From: Candidatus Woesearchaeota archaeon
GTDB taxonomy: Archaea > Nanobdellota > Nanobdellia > Pacearchaeales > GW2011-AR1
DNA length: 64,000 nt
NCBI GenBank assembly: GCA_964437455.1
Contig: CAYTGG010000001.1
Location: 20,930-84,929, forward strand
Direction of reading: 5' to 3'
The position numbers were made by a program, and so were the translations under genes. Below, piece by piece: positions 29,382 to 39,204 of the stretch. The first letter of the stretch is position 1. Every line of letters begins with the position of its first letter. A model generated the notes under the pieces. It was not told the origin of the DNA. It saw nothing but the letters and a program-made list of their open reading frames with translations, and searched no databases.

Positions 29382-29908
29382 TCTGCTTTAGAAAAAATCT
29401 CTATATCTATCTTTTCAATTTGTTGTTTAGTTGCTTTTATTTTATTTTCCCAATCTTGTAATTCTTTTTCTTCTTTTTCTTTAAGTTCTTTTGTATTATT
29501 AAGCATCTTTTCTATTTGATTTACTTTTTCTTTTATATTCTCTAAAATCTTATTACACTCTTTAAATTTTTCAATCTTTACAAATAAAGGTTCAGCTTCT
29601 CTTACTCTTCTTTCTGCTTCTATTACTTCTTTAGGAATTTCTTCTCTAAAGATTCTTTTTTGAAGAAATGGTTTTGGAGGTTCAGGCATCATTCTTTCTT
29701 CTTCGAATTCATCTACCTCTTCTCCAATATCCTCTTTTCCCCCTCCTACAGCTTCTTTAATGCTATTTTGAGAAAATCTTTCTCCAAGAGAGTTAGTAGG
29801 AAAACTAGGTAATCTAGGAATATCTAAATTTGGAACTTCTGGAATTTCTGGAAGTTCAGGCAGAGAGGATATCTCCTCTTTCTTTTTATCTTTTTTAAAC
29901 CAGCTCAT
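29378..29908 (-). CDS. Hypothetical protein (Pro-rich N-terminus, PLFVKI motif, coiled coil)
   Basis: Start MSWFKK at 29908 preferred; the longer track ORF overlaps tfe. Confidence 0.7.
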   Translation of the reverse strand: MSWFKKDKKKEEISSLPELPEIPEVPNLDIPRLPSFPTNSLGERFSQNSIKEAVGGGKEDIGEEVDEFEEERMMPEPPKPFLQKRIFREEIPKEVIEAERRVREAEPLFVKIEKFKECNKILENIKEKVNQIEKMLNNTKELKEKEEKELQDWENKIKATKQQIEKIDIEIFSKAE

Positions 29909-30011
29909 TTTATGTAACTTTAATATATACAAAGTAAAATATACTTTAAAAACTTTTATTTTTCTGAATCTATACCGAAAGGTATTTATTTCATTTTTTT
30001 TTAATATTAAG

Positions 30012-30824
30012 ATGTCAAAAGATTTTCTAAGGGAGGCAATATCTATTATAGTCGGAAAACAGTCAGAAGGAATAGCAGATTTATTAGATAGTAAAAAACC
30101 AGTCAATGAATTTTTAATAGCTAAAAAATTAGAACTTACTATAAATCAAACTAGAAATCTCCTTTATAGAATTACAGATCAAGGATTAGTTTCTTCTATA
30201 AGAAAAAAAGATAAGAAAAAAGGATGGTATACTTACTTCTGGAAAATAGAACCTTTAAAATGCCTTGAATTTTTGAGGAAAATTTTAATTAATAAGATAG
30301 AACAAACTAATTATCAAATTAATAGTAGGCAAACTAGAAGATTCTATATATGTGAAAAATGCAATTTAGAATTCAATGAAGAAAATGCCTTGTTATGTGA
30401 TTTTACTTGTAGAGAATGTGGTAATGTTCTTAAATTAGAAGATAATACAAAATTATTGAAAGAACTTAAGAGAAATCTTTTAAGATTTGAAGGCGAATTG
30501 GAAGATATAAAAGAGGAGATTGACAGAGAACATGAAAAAGAGGAGAAGATAAAACTTAGAGAATTGAAAAAGAAGAAAGCTGAAAAAATAAAAAATAGAA
30601 AGTTAGAAAGATCTTCTAAAAATTCTAAGAAATTAAAAGATACTAAAGAGAATAAGAAATTAGGCAATATTAAAAAAACTAAAAAATTAATGAAGAATAA
30701 GAAGAGAATTAAAGAGAATACAAAAACAAATAAGAATAATCAGAAGAGGATAATTCCAAAGAAAAAAGATTCAAGAAAACTTAATGTAAAGAAGCAAAAG
30801 AGAATTATTAAAAAGAAAAAGTAA
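30012..30824 (+). CDS. tfe: Transcription factor E alpha with long Lys-rich tail
   Basis: IA..L....N.TR.LLY, GWYTYFW, C..C...C..C zinc ribbon. Confidence 0.9.
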   Translation: MSKDFLREAISIIVGKQSEGIADLLDSKKPVNEFLIAKKLELTINQTRNLLYRITDQGLVSSIRKKDKKKGWYTYFWKIEPLKCLEFLRKILINKIEQTNYQINSRQTRRFYICEKCNLEFNEENALLCDFTCRECGNVLKLEDNTKLLKELKRNLLRFEGELEDIKEEIDREHEKEEKIKLRELKKKKAEKIKNRKLERSSKNSKKLKDTKENKKLGNIKKTKKLMKNKKRIKENTKTNKNNQKRIIPKKKDSRKLNVKKQKRIIKKKK

Positions 30825-30825
30825 A

Positions 30826-31521
30826 ATGACTGTTTATCAAATCTTTCCTAAAAAAAGAAAATTTTTCTTAAGTAATTTTAATATAACTTTAAATTTAGTT
30901 ATAATAAATGTCTTCTTCTTTTTCTTATCAATAATTGTTGTTTCTATTAATCCTTCTTTAATAAAATATCTTGCTCTACAACCAGCCTCTTTCATACATG
31001 GACAGTATTTATGGACTATTTTGACAAGTATGTTTTCTCATGTATTTCTTTGGCATATTTTTGCAAATATGATAACTTTGATTTTTATAGGAGGATTTGT
31101 TGAAAAGATTATAGGAAAAAAAAGATATTTGTGGTTTTATCTAACTTCTGGAATAATTGCTTCTTTATTTTTTATTTTTCTTTCTGTTCTATTCGGGAAT
31201 TCTTTAATAGGAGAGAAACTTTTTGGAAGTCCTGAAATCTTTGCACTTGGAGCTTCAGGCGCAATATTTGGTTTAGCTGGATTAATAACTATTCTTATTC
31301 CAAAAATGAAAGTTCTTGTATTTTTTATTATTCCTATGCCTATCTGGGCAGCTATGGTCTTCTTTTTAGGTTTCTTTTGGTTTTTATCTGTTTTTGGAGG
31401 ATTACCTATAGGAAATAGTGCTCATTTAGGAGGATTTCTTACAGGAGTAGTATATGGATTATATCTAAAGAATAAATTTCCAAGAAGAACTCAAATCATA
31501 AATAGGTACTTTAATCAATGA
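30826..31521 (+). CDS. Rhomboid intramembrane serine protease
   Basis: HIFANM, GASGAIFG, AHLGG. Confidence 0.94.
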   Translation: MTVYQIFPKKRKFFLSNFNITLNLVIINVFFFFLSIIVVSINPSLIKYLALQPASFIHGQYLWTILTSMFSHVFLWHIFANMITLIFIGGFVEKIIGKKRYLWFYLTSGIIASLFFIFLSVLFGNSLIGEKLFGSPEIFALGASGAIFGLAGLITILIPKMKVLVFFIIPMPIWAAMVFFLGFFWFLSVFGGLPIGNSAHLGGFLTGVVYGLYLKNKFPRRTQIINRYFNQ

Positions 31522-32306
31522 GAGAAAATAAAAAAGGAAAAAGAAAAGATAATAAAAAGGATTATTTTATATATAAAAAAGAAAATTTAATTATTCTTTT
31601 AGGAATATTTTTATTTTTATTTAACTCTTTTTATAAAATATTTTTTTTAAATGGAATTTCTAACAATTTTATCTATTATTTTCAAATAATTAGTTTTTCT
31701 TTAATTTATTTTGGATTAATTATTCATCCTTCTTTTAAGAAAGATAATCCTATTTTAAAATCTTGGAATTATATTAAGAAATTAAAAATGTTCATTTATT
31801 TATCAGTTATCCTCTTTTTATTCTCTTCTTTAATTGGTTTTTTTATTCTTCCTCCAGATTTTATAATTGAAGAGATTTTAAAGCTTATTCAAGATATTCT
31901 AGCTCAGACAGAAGGAATGTCTTCTATTGAACTAATTAGTTTCATTTTTTTTAATAATCTTAAAAGCACTTTATTAGTGGTTCTTTTTGGAATATTTTTG
32001 GGAATTCTTCCTTTAATATCAATTTTGTTTAATGGTTATTTATTGGGCTTTGTTTCTTCTATGGCTGTAGGAAAATCTAGCCTTCTTGAATTATTGAGAC
32101 TTTTTCCTCACGGAATCTTTGAGTTGCCTGCAATCTTTATTTCAGTAGGAGTAGGTCTAAAATTAGGAACCTTTTTATTTCAAGATAATAAATCTGAATT
32201 TCTTAAAGAAAATTTTCTTAATTCATTAAAAGTTTTTTTCTTTATTGTGATTCCACTTCTGATAATAGCTGCCATAATAGAAGGACTTTTTATATCTCTT
32301 AGTTAA
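31518..32306 (+). CDS. SpoIIM-like membrane protein
   Basis: IFFNN, NG..LG, PHGIFELPA, AAIIE. Confidence 0.88.
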   Translation: MRENKKGKRKDNKKDYFIYKKENLIILLGIFLFLFNSFYKIFFLNGISNNFIYYFQIISFSLIYFGLIIHPSFKKDNPILKSWNYIKKLKMFIYLSVILFLFSSLIGFFILPPDFIIEEILKLIQDILAQTEGMSSIELISFIFFNNLKSTLLVVLFGIFLGILPLISILFNGYLLGFVSSMAVGKSSLLELLRLFPHGIFELPAIFISVGVGLKLGTFLFQDNKSEFLKENFLNSLKVFFFIVIPLLIIAAIIEGLFISLS

Positions 32307-32357
32307 ATTTATATATTATAAGATTCTTATATTCTTAATTAAAGAGGAGGTTATTAA

Positions 32358-32543
32358 ATGGTTTGGTATCATAAAATTGCTTTAGTTTTATCTGCTATAG
32401 GTGCTATAAACTGGGGACTTGCTGAACTTGGATGGAATGCAGTTGAACAATTGTTGGGATTTGTAGAATGGTTACCTATGATTGTTTACTATATTGTAGC
32501 TCTATGTGGAGTTTATGCTTTAGTTAAAGCATTCAATAAGTAA
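32358..32543 (+). CDS. DUF378 family membrane protein
   Basis: IGAINWGL motif; GGAGG SD upstream. Confidence 0.85.
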   Translation: MVWYHKIALVLSAIGAINWGLAELGWNAVEQLLGFVEWLPMIVYYIVALCGVYALVKAFNK

Positions 32544-32624
32544 ATTTTTTTATTTTTAAAAATTCTTTAAAATTAGATTTTTGTTAAAGAAGTATTTTTT
32601 CTTAATCTATTTTGTAATCTGTTC

Positions 32625-32825
32625 TTATTCTTTTATATCATTAATTCCTAATATAATTAACAATAAGCCTATCATTAATATTATCCAAACTAGGCCTCCT
32701 TTAAAGAATTCCCATGCAGCATGTTTAAAATTCCAAAAACTGCCGAATTCAGAGGAATACCATCCTAAAAGAATAGTTCCATTAAGGATTATTAATCCTA
32801 TCAGAATCTCAAGCCATTTATTCAT
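32625..32825 (-). CDS. Small membrane protein
   Basis: Two TM helices; TATA-like element upstream on the minus strand. Confidence 0.65.
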   Translation of the reverse strand: MNKWLEILIGLIILNGTILLGWYSSEFGSFWNFKHAAWEFFKGGLVWIILMIGLLLIILGINDIKE

Positions 32826-32946
32826 TGTAATTTTAATTGTTTTTTATCATTTAAAAAGATTCTTGTGATGAAGAGAATAAAAGAAATGCTTAAAAAGGAA
32901 ATTTTTTCTAATTATATAAGCTTTATAGGAGTTTTTAGTTATTAAT

Positions 32947-33891
32947 ATGAGAAAAGTAAAAGATTTTTTATGGGAACCTAATATGTCAATTAGGAAATGT
33001 GTAGATGCATTTGGAAATCTAGGTTATCAAGCAACTGAACTTAAGGAAGCTACAGAGGTTATTCTAAAAATGAAAAGGTCAAATGCTAAAATTTTTCTTA
33101 CTTTTACTTCTAATATGGTAACTTCTGGATTAAGGGGTTTTTTTGCACAATTATGTAAGTTTAAAATTCCAAATGTTCTTGTTACAACCTCTGGAAGTAT
33201 AGAAGAGGATATTATGAAAGCTGTGGGAGAGAATTTTGAATTATCTAATTTTAATGCTGATGATGTACAAATGCATGAAAGAGGAGAAAATAGAGTTGGA
33301 AATTTACTAATAAGAAACGAGAGTTATATGAAATTTGAAGATTTAATGAAAGAATATCTCTTGGAGATTTATAGAAAAAAGAAAAGAATTTCTTCTTCAG
33401 AATTAATTAGAGAAATTGGATTAATATTAAATGATGAAAATTCTATTTTATATCAAGCTTCAAGAAATAACATTCCTATTTATTGTCCTGGAATTGCTGA
33501 TTCAAGTTTCGGTTTTCAATTATTTCTATTTCAACAAAAATATCCTGATTTTATTGTAGATTCTGTGCAGGATATGAATAGAATTGTAAGTGATTTAGGA
33601 TTTGATGAGAAAAAAGGTTTGATATCTTTAGGAGGAAGTATCTCAAAACATTATGCTATTTTTTCTACTTTACTTTCAGGAGGTTTTGATTACGCTGTAT
33701 ATATGACCACTTCACATAGGGATTCTGGAAGTTTTTCAGGAGCAACAACTCAAGAAGCAAAATCATGGGGAAAAATAAAAGATGATGCTGAAGCAGCTAA
33801 TGTAAATGGAGATGTTTGTATAACTTTTCCTTTAGCAATGTGTAGTGTCCTAGATAAATTGAAAGAAGAAGGGCTTTTTGAAGATGAATAA
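32947..33891 (+). CDS. dys: Deoxyhypusine synthase family protein
   Basis: TSNMVTSGLR, EEDI, NRVGN, DSGS.SGA...EAKSWGK (catalytic Lys). Confidence 0.92.
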   Translation: MRKVKDFLWEPNMSIRKCVDAFGNLGYQATELKEATEVILKMKRSNAKIFLTFTSNMVTSGLRGFFAQLCKFKIPNVLVTTSGSIEEDIMKAVGENFELSNFNADDVQMHERGENRVGNLLIRNESYMKFEDLMKEYLLEIYRKKKRISSSELIREIGLILNDENSILYQASRNNIPIYCPGIADSSFGFQLFLFQQKYPDFIVDSVQDMNRIVSDLGFDEKKGLISLGGSISKHYAIFSTLLSGGFDYAVYMTTSHRDSGSFSGATTQEAKSWGKIKDDAEAANVNGDVCITFPLAMCSVLDKLKEEGLFEDE

Positions 33892-34927
33892 TGCGAGATT
33901 TATACTTTCTAAAGAAAAATTATTAGAAAAACTTAATTTTCTAGAAGATTTAGGATTAAAAATTTCTTATTCTTATAAGACCAATAAAGAAGTTGGAAAA
34001 CTATTACAAGAGATCTCTGATGTTAATTTTTCAATTCATTCTCAAGAAGAAATTAATGAAATTAAAAATAAGAAGAAAATTTGGTTTTTTATTCAAGCGG
34101 AAGATAAAAAAGAATTAGAAGATTTACTAAAAAAAGGAGTTAAAACTTTTGTAATAGATAATAAATTAGATTTAGATAATCTTTTAGAAGTTATTTCTGA
34201 AAAAAATTTTAAGATTAATCTTTCTTTGAGAATGAAATTTTCTGAACATAGAATTGGAAGTGGAAAATATTTTGTTTATGGAATGAATTCTAATGATATT
34301 AATGGAATAATTAAAGAGATAAAAAATAATAAAAATATTGATAAGATTGGAATATCTATTCATAGAAAGAGTCAAAATGTCTCAGAATGGGAAATAAAAA
34401 GAGAAATTGAAGATTCTTTAGATAAAGAGGTTTTAGAGAAAATTTCTTTTATTAATTTAGGAGGAGGACTTCCTTCAGAATACAGAAGTTTTAATTCAAA
34501 AGTTTTTGATTATATTTTTGAAAAGATATTAGAAATAAAGAATTTCCTTGATGAAAATAAAATTGAGACTTGGATAGAACCAGGAAGATTTTTAGCTGCT
34601 CCATGTATAAAATTAGAAACAGAGATTGTTCAAATTCAAGAAAATAATCTAATTGTTAATACCACTATCTATAATTGTGCTCTAGACACTTTGTTGACAG
34701 GAACAAAAATGTTAATAGAAGGAGAGTTGGAAAATGAGGAAGCTGGAAGTTACTTTTTAATTAAAGGAAATTCTCCTACTAGAGATGATATTTTTCGTTA
34801 TAAAGTAAAACTAAAAAATCCTAAATTAGGAGATAAAATAATCTTCTTGAATGCAGGAGCTTATAATTATTCTACTGATTTTTTTGGTTATAATAAACTA
34901 AAAACAGATATTGTAGATTATTTTTAG
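33884..34927 (+). CDS. PLP-dependent group IV (Orn/DAP/Arg-type) decarboxylase
   Basis: YSYKTN, H..SQ, NLGGG, EPGR, AGAY motifs. Confidence 0.85.
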   Translation: MNNARFILSKEKLLEKLNFLEDLGLKISYSYKTNKEVGKLLQEISDVNFSIHSQEEINEIKNKKKIWFFIQAEDKKELEDLLKKGVKTFVIDNKLDLDNLLEVISEKNFKINLSLRMKFSEHRIGSGKYFVYGMNSNDINGIIKEIKNNKNIDKIGISIHRKSQNVSEWEIKREIEDSLDKEVLEKISFINLGGGLPSEYRSFNSKVFDYIFEKILEIKNFLDENKIETWIEPGRFLAAPCIKLETEIVQIQENNLIVNTTIYNCALDTLLTGTKMLIEGELENEEAGSYFLIKGNSPTRDDIFRYKVKLKNPKLGDKIIFLNAGAYNYSTDFFGYNKLKTDIVDYF

Positions 34928-34987
34928 AGATTTCTAGTTGTAAAAAATTTACAAAATCTTAAATAGTCTTTTCTTTAATTTTATTCT

Positions 34988-36037
34988 ATGATAAGTCAAA
35001 AACAAATTGAAGAGATTAGAGAACATTTAGAGAAAGCTCAAAATCCTATTTTTCTTTTTGATAATGATCCTGATGGTCTATGTAGTTTCCTTTTATTAAG
35101 AAGGTACATAGGAAGAGGAAAAGGATTTCCTGTTAAATCTTTTCCAGGACTTACAGATTCTTATGTTAGAAAAGTCAACGAGTTAAATGCTGATTATGTT
35201 TTTATTCTTGATAAACCAGTAGTAGATGAAGACTTTTTTAAGGAAATAGAAAAAACAAATGTTCCTGTAGTCTGGATAGACCATCACAAATTACAACAAA
35301 AAGTACCTCCTTTTGTAAATTATTATAATTCTCTAAAGAACTCAGAAGGTGGAGAACCAGTTACTTATATGTCTTATAAAATTTCAGATAAGAAAGAAGA
35401 TTTATGGATCGCTCTGATAGGTTGTATATCTGATATGTTCTTTCCAGAATTTTATTCAGATTTTAAGAAAAAATATCCTGATTTAGCTATTAATTCAGAT
35501 AATGCTCCAGAAGTTTTATATAAATCTGTAATTGGAAAAATGTGTAGGATTATGAGCTTTGCTTTGAAGGATAGAACTACTAATGTTATTAGTATGATAA
35601 GATTTTTGATTGAATCTGAAACTCCTTATGATATTCTAGAAAAAAATTCTAAAAATTATAATATGCATAAAAGATTTGAGCAAATTGATAGAAAGTATCA
35701 GAAATTCTTAAATAAAGCAAGAGAAGTTGAGAAAAACTCTGATAATAAGAATATTTTATTTTTTCAATATGGAGGAGATTTGAGTATTAGTAGTGATATA
35801 TCTAACGAACTTAAATATGATTTTCCTGAGAAAGTAGTAGTAGTTGCTTATGTAATAGGTGCTAAGACAAATATTTCTGTAAGAGGAAAAAAGATAAGAG
35901 AAAAAGTTTTAGATGTTATTAAGAATTTAGAGGATGCAACTGGAGGAGGACATGAAGATGCTGTTGGAGCTAGAGTTAAGACAGAGGACCTAGAGAGATT
36001 TAGAAATAACCTAGAAAATATGATAGATTCTAAATAA
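34988..36037 (+). CDS. DHH/DHHA1 phosphoesterase
   Basis: DNDPDG, ILD, IDHH, GGGH..A.G. Confidence 0.9.
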   Translation: MISQKQIEEIREHLEKAQNPIFLFDNDPDGLCSFLLLRRYIGRGKGFPVKSFPGLTDSYVRKVNELNADYVFILDKPVVDEDFFKEIEKTNVPVVWIDHHKLQQKVPPFVNYYNSLKNSEGGEPVTYMSYKISDKKEDLWIALIGCISDMFFPEFYSDFKKKYPDLAINSDNAPEVLYKSVIGKMCRIMSFALKDRTTNVISMIRFLIESETPYDILEKNSKNYNMHKRFEQIDRKYQKFLNKAREVEKNSDNKNILFFQYGGDLSISSDISNELKYDFPEKVVVVAYVIGAKTNISVRGKKIREKVLDVIKNLEDATGGGHEDAVGARVKTEDLERFRNNLENMIDSK

Positions 36038-36241
36038 AAAAATATTTAAACTCATTTTTTTTAATAGAAATATGAGTAAACAAAGCCAATATAAATATAA
36101 TTGTAACTTTGGTTTAGTTTACACTAAAATTAAAACTTTAATTTAATTCAGATTTCTTCTTTATGTCTGAATTAAATTGGAGAGAAAATTATTTCTTAAT
36201 TCGGACTTTATAGGAGATTTCTGTTTTTGAATTTAATAAAA

Positions 36242-36364
36242 ATGGAAACAGAACAACTGTTAATAAAAGGTGAAATAGATTTTTTAGAAGAGGAATTGGC
36301 TGAATTATTTAGAATAACTCTTCGTTTAGAAACAGAACTTGAAACTGTTATTAAGAGAAATTAA
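36242..36364 (+). CDS. Possible 40-aa acidic helical peptide
   Basis: METEQLLIKGEIDFLEEELAELFRITLRLETELETVIKRN*; no family recognised. Confidence 0.35.
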   Translation: METEQLLIKGEIDFLEEELAELFRITLRLETELETVIKRN

Positions 36365-36413
36365 TCTTTATAGGAGAAAGAAAGTGTTTTGTATTAGTCA
36401 GTATGCGGTTTAA

Positions 36414-36467
36414 AATAATCCTTCTTAAAAGAATAATCCTCCTTAAAAGAATAATCCTCCTTAAAAA
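36414..36467. repeat. Three tandem 18-mers AATAATCCTYCTTAAAAR
   Basis: Copies at 36414, 36432 and 36450. Confidence 0.9.
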
Positions 36468-36684
36468 AGGTTATTCATTAAGAGATTATGAATAATAAAC
36501 TAAATGAATTTGTTGTGTTTTGTAAATTTAAATTTACTGGATTGTCTAAATTAACTAAATGGAGAAAAATATCTTAATTAAATAAAAGAATTTTTACTTT
36601 TTTAAAAGAGCAGTATTTAGAATAGAAAGAAATTTTAAGAAAAGAAGAAGAATCTAGAAGAGATTATAATAATAAATTTCTTTA

Positions 36685-38136
36685 TTAGTAACTCTTTCCT
36701 ATATAAACAAAATAATCTGCTTGTTTTCCACATATAATACACTTTTTATCTTTTATTTCTAATTGCTTTTCTGGAATATTTAAAGTCTTAGCTCCATTTA
36801 CCTTTTCTTTTATCAAATTCTCACATTCTGAATTTTTGCATAGAGGAGCAAGAGTTATCTTTTTACTATCAATTGCTTTTTTAACTTGTTCTAAAGTCTC
36901 ACATTTAACAATACTTTTTTCTAATAGATTTCTCGCTTTTTCATAAATTTCAGAATGAACCTCATTTAACAATTTAGGAATTTCTATCTTAAGATTTTTA
37001 ATCTTTATTTCTTTTTTATCTCCTGTTCTTTTCTTAACTATAACTTGATTTTTTTCAATATCTCTTGGGCCTATTTCTATTTGTAAAGGAATACCTTTTA
37101 ATTCCCATTCATTATATTTCCATCCAGGAGTAAATTCAGATCTATCATCTATAAAACAATCAAATTTGCTTAATTTTTTGTTTATCTCTTTTGCTTTTTC
37201 TAATATCCTTTTTTTAGTTTTATCAAATAAAATAGGAATTATAACTACTTTTTTTTCTGCTAATTTTGGAGGAATGACCAATCCTTTATTATCAGAATGT
37301 ATAGCAAACATAACTCCCAAAAGTCTAGTAGAGATAGCATAAGTTGATTGATAACAATATTGTTCTTTTTTATCTTTATCTAGAAACTTTATTCCATATG
37401 CTTTTGCGAAATTTTGTCCATCATCATGATAGTCAGGCCCTTGAATAGCTTTTCCATTAGGTAGTAATAATTCAAAGGAATAACTTGCTAAAGCTCCTGC
37501 AAATTTTTCTTTTTCTGTTTTTTTACCAAATAAGGAAGGAAGAGCCATATATTCTTCCATAATCTTTTTATATATTTTAGTTATTGCTATCTTATCTTTT
37601 TCTAAATCTTTTTTATTAGAATAAACATGATGTCCTTCATTCCATAAAAATTCTCTTGTTCTTAAAAAAGGAACTGGATGTCTAAACTCCCATCTTATTA
37701 CATTATTCCATTGATTTAATCTTAGAGGTAAATCTCTCCAGCTTCTTATCCATTTTTTATAAGAATCATACATTATTGCCTCACTAGTAGGGCGAATTGC
37801 AAGCTTTTCATTTAATTCTTTATCTCCAGTGTGAGTTATCCAAGCAACCTCAGGAGAAAAACCTTCTACATGTTCTTCTTCTTTAGATAAAAGAGATTCT
37901 GGAATAAGCAGAGGAAAATAACAATTTTTTATGTTTATTTTCTTAAACTCTTTATCAACTTTATTTTTTATTTCTTCCCATATAGAATATGACCTTGGTC
38001 TAAATACTATACATCCTGAGACTTTAGTATAATCTGCTAAATCAGATTTTAAAATTAATTGTTGATACCATTCGGAGAAATTTTCCTCTTTCTTTACTGT
38101 TATTCCTTCTTCTGAATTTTTATTTTTTTTAACCAT
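36685..38136 (-). CDS. proS: Proline--tRNA ligase (archaeal/eukaryotic type)
   Basis: RPTSE, PFLRTREFLW.EGH, C-terminal Zn domain ending KSY. Confidence 0.96.
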   Translation of the reverse strand: MVKKNKNSEEGITVKKEENFSEWYQQLILKSDLADYTKVSGCIVFRPRSYSIWEEIKNKVDKEFKKINIKNCYFPLLIPESLLSKEEEHVEGFSPEVAWITHTGDKELNEKLAIRPTSEAIMYDSYKKWIRSWRDLPLRLNQWNNVIRWEFRHPVPFLRTREFLWNEGHHVYSNKKDLEKDKIAITKIYKKIMEEYMALPSLFGKKTEKEKFAGALASYSFELLLPNGKAIQGPDYHDDGQNFAKAYGIKFLDKDKKEQYCYQSTYAISTRLLGVMFAIHSDNKGLVIPPKLAEKKVVIIPILFDKTKKRILEKAKEINKKLSKFDCFIDDRSEFTPGWKYNEWELKGIPLQIEIGPRDIEKNQVIVKKRTGDKKEIKIKNLKIEIPKLLNEVHSEIYEKARNLLEKSIVKCETLEQVKKAIDSKKITLAPLCKNSECENLIKEKVNGAKTLNIPEKQLEIKDKKCIICGKQADYFVYIGKSY

Positions 38137-38183
38137 AGAGAGATTAAGAAATTCTTATTTAAAATGGTTTGGTTAGTTTAATT

Positions 38184-39065
38184 CTAAATTAAAGTCTGTT
38201 CTAAAATCTCTTGAGAGATATTATTAACTGTTTCTTTAATATAATTTGATTCTAATGCAAATCCTAAACCCTCACTTTCACTCAGTTTAAAATTATTTAT
38301 TCCAATAACTTCTTTATTCTTGTTTATTAAAGGTCCTCCAGAATTTCCTGAATTAAGTTCTGCAGTTGTTTGAATATAAATATTTAATCCATTAGGGCCT
38401 ATTCTATTAGTAGCAGAAACTATTCCTTCTGAGACAGAAAATGATAATCCATAAGGATTTCCTATAGCAAGGACTTTCTCTGCTTGAATAATCTTATCAG
38501 AATCTGCTAATTTTAATTCAGGATAATCTTTCTCTATCTTTAATAATGCAATATCCATATTAATATCTTGTCCTATACTAGATACAGCATGCACTTTTCC
38601 ATCATAAGTATAAATTCCTGCTGCAGAAGCTCCTTTTAGAACATGATAATTTGTTATTAGATATCCTTCATCTGCTATAAAAAATCCACTTCCTTGTCCT
38701 ACATCTGTGCTAATAGTAACTACTGATTTTATTAATTCTTCTGTAATCTCTGAGAAATCTGAACTTACACTAGATTTTAATTTTATAAATTCTTCTCCAA
38801 GTTGAACAAACTCATTATCAATTGAACTTATCTCTGTGCTTAAAGTTCTTATATTCCTTTTATTCTCTAATAAATTTTCTGTTATCTCATTAAACTGATT
38901 TTGATTTTTAGTATTCATATCCTTTATAGCAGATTCAAGTTTATTGTAGCTTAATTGTAACTGTCCATATAATAAATAGATAAAAAGACTGTTTGATATG
39001 AGTAGTACTATAAGAAAAAAACTGAAACCTCCAATCATGATTTTATGATGTTTTTTTAATACCAT
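38184..39065 (-). CDS. Membrane-anchored trypsin-like (HtrA-type, no PDZ) serine protease with coiled-coil stalk
   Basis: TNYHV, DIALLK, GNSGGPL catalytic triad motifs; N-terminal TM. Confidence 0.9.
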   Translation of the reverse strand: MVLKKHHKIMIGGFSFFLIVLLISNSLFIYLLYGQLQLSYNKLESAIKDMNTKNQNQFNEITENLLENKRNIRTLSTEISSIDNEFVQLGEEFIKLKSSVSSDFSEITEELIKSVVTISTDVGQGSGFFIADEGYLITNYHVLKGASAAGIYTYDGKVHAVSSIGQDINMDIALLKIEKDYPELKLADSDKIIQAEKVLAIGNPYGLSFSVSEGIVSATNRIGPNGLNIYIQTTAELNSGNSGGPLINKNKEVIGINNFKLSESEGLGFALESNYIKETVNNISQEILEQTLI

Positions 39066-39127
39066 TTCAACTCTTTTTTAAAATGAGAACCTTAAACTAT
39101 AAAAATATAACTATCTTTTAATATTTT

Positions 39128-39199
39128 AGGCTGATAGTTTAATGGATAGAATCACAGGTTTCGGCCCTGTTGATGGGGGTTCGAATCCCTCTCAGCCTG
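39128..39199 (+). tRNA. tRNA-Arg(TCG)
   Basis: AGGCTGA/TCAGCCT acceptor (A1-U72), ACAGG-TTTCGGC-CCTGT, GGTTCGAATCC, G73. Confidence 0.92.
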
Positions 39200-39204
39200 T
39201 TTTT

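Noticed and set aside
29909..30106. N-terminal extension of the 242-aa ORF
   Set aside because: Overlaps tfe and the divergent promoter; the start at 29908 is more plausible.
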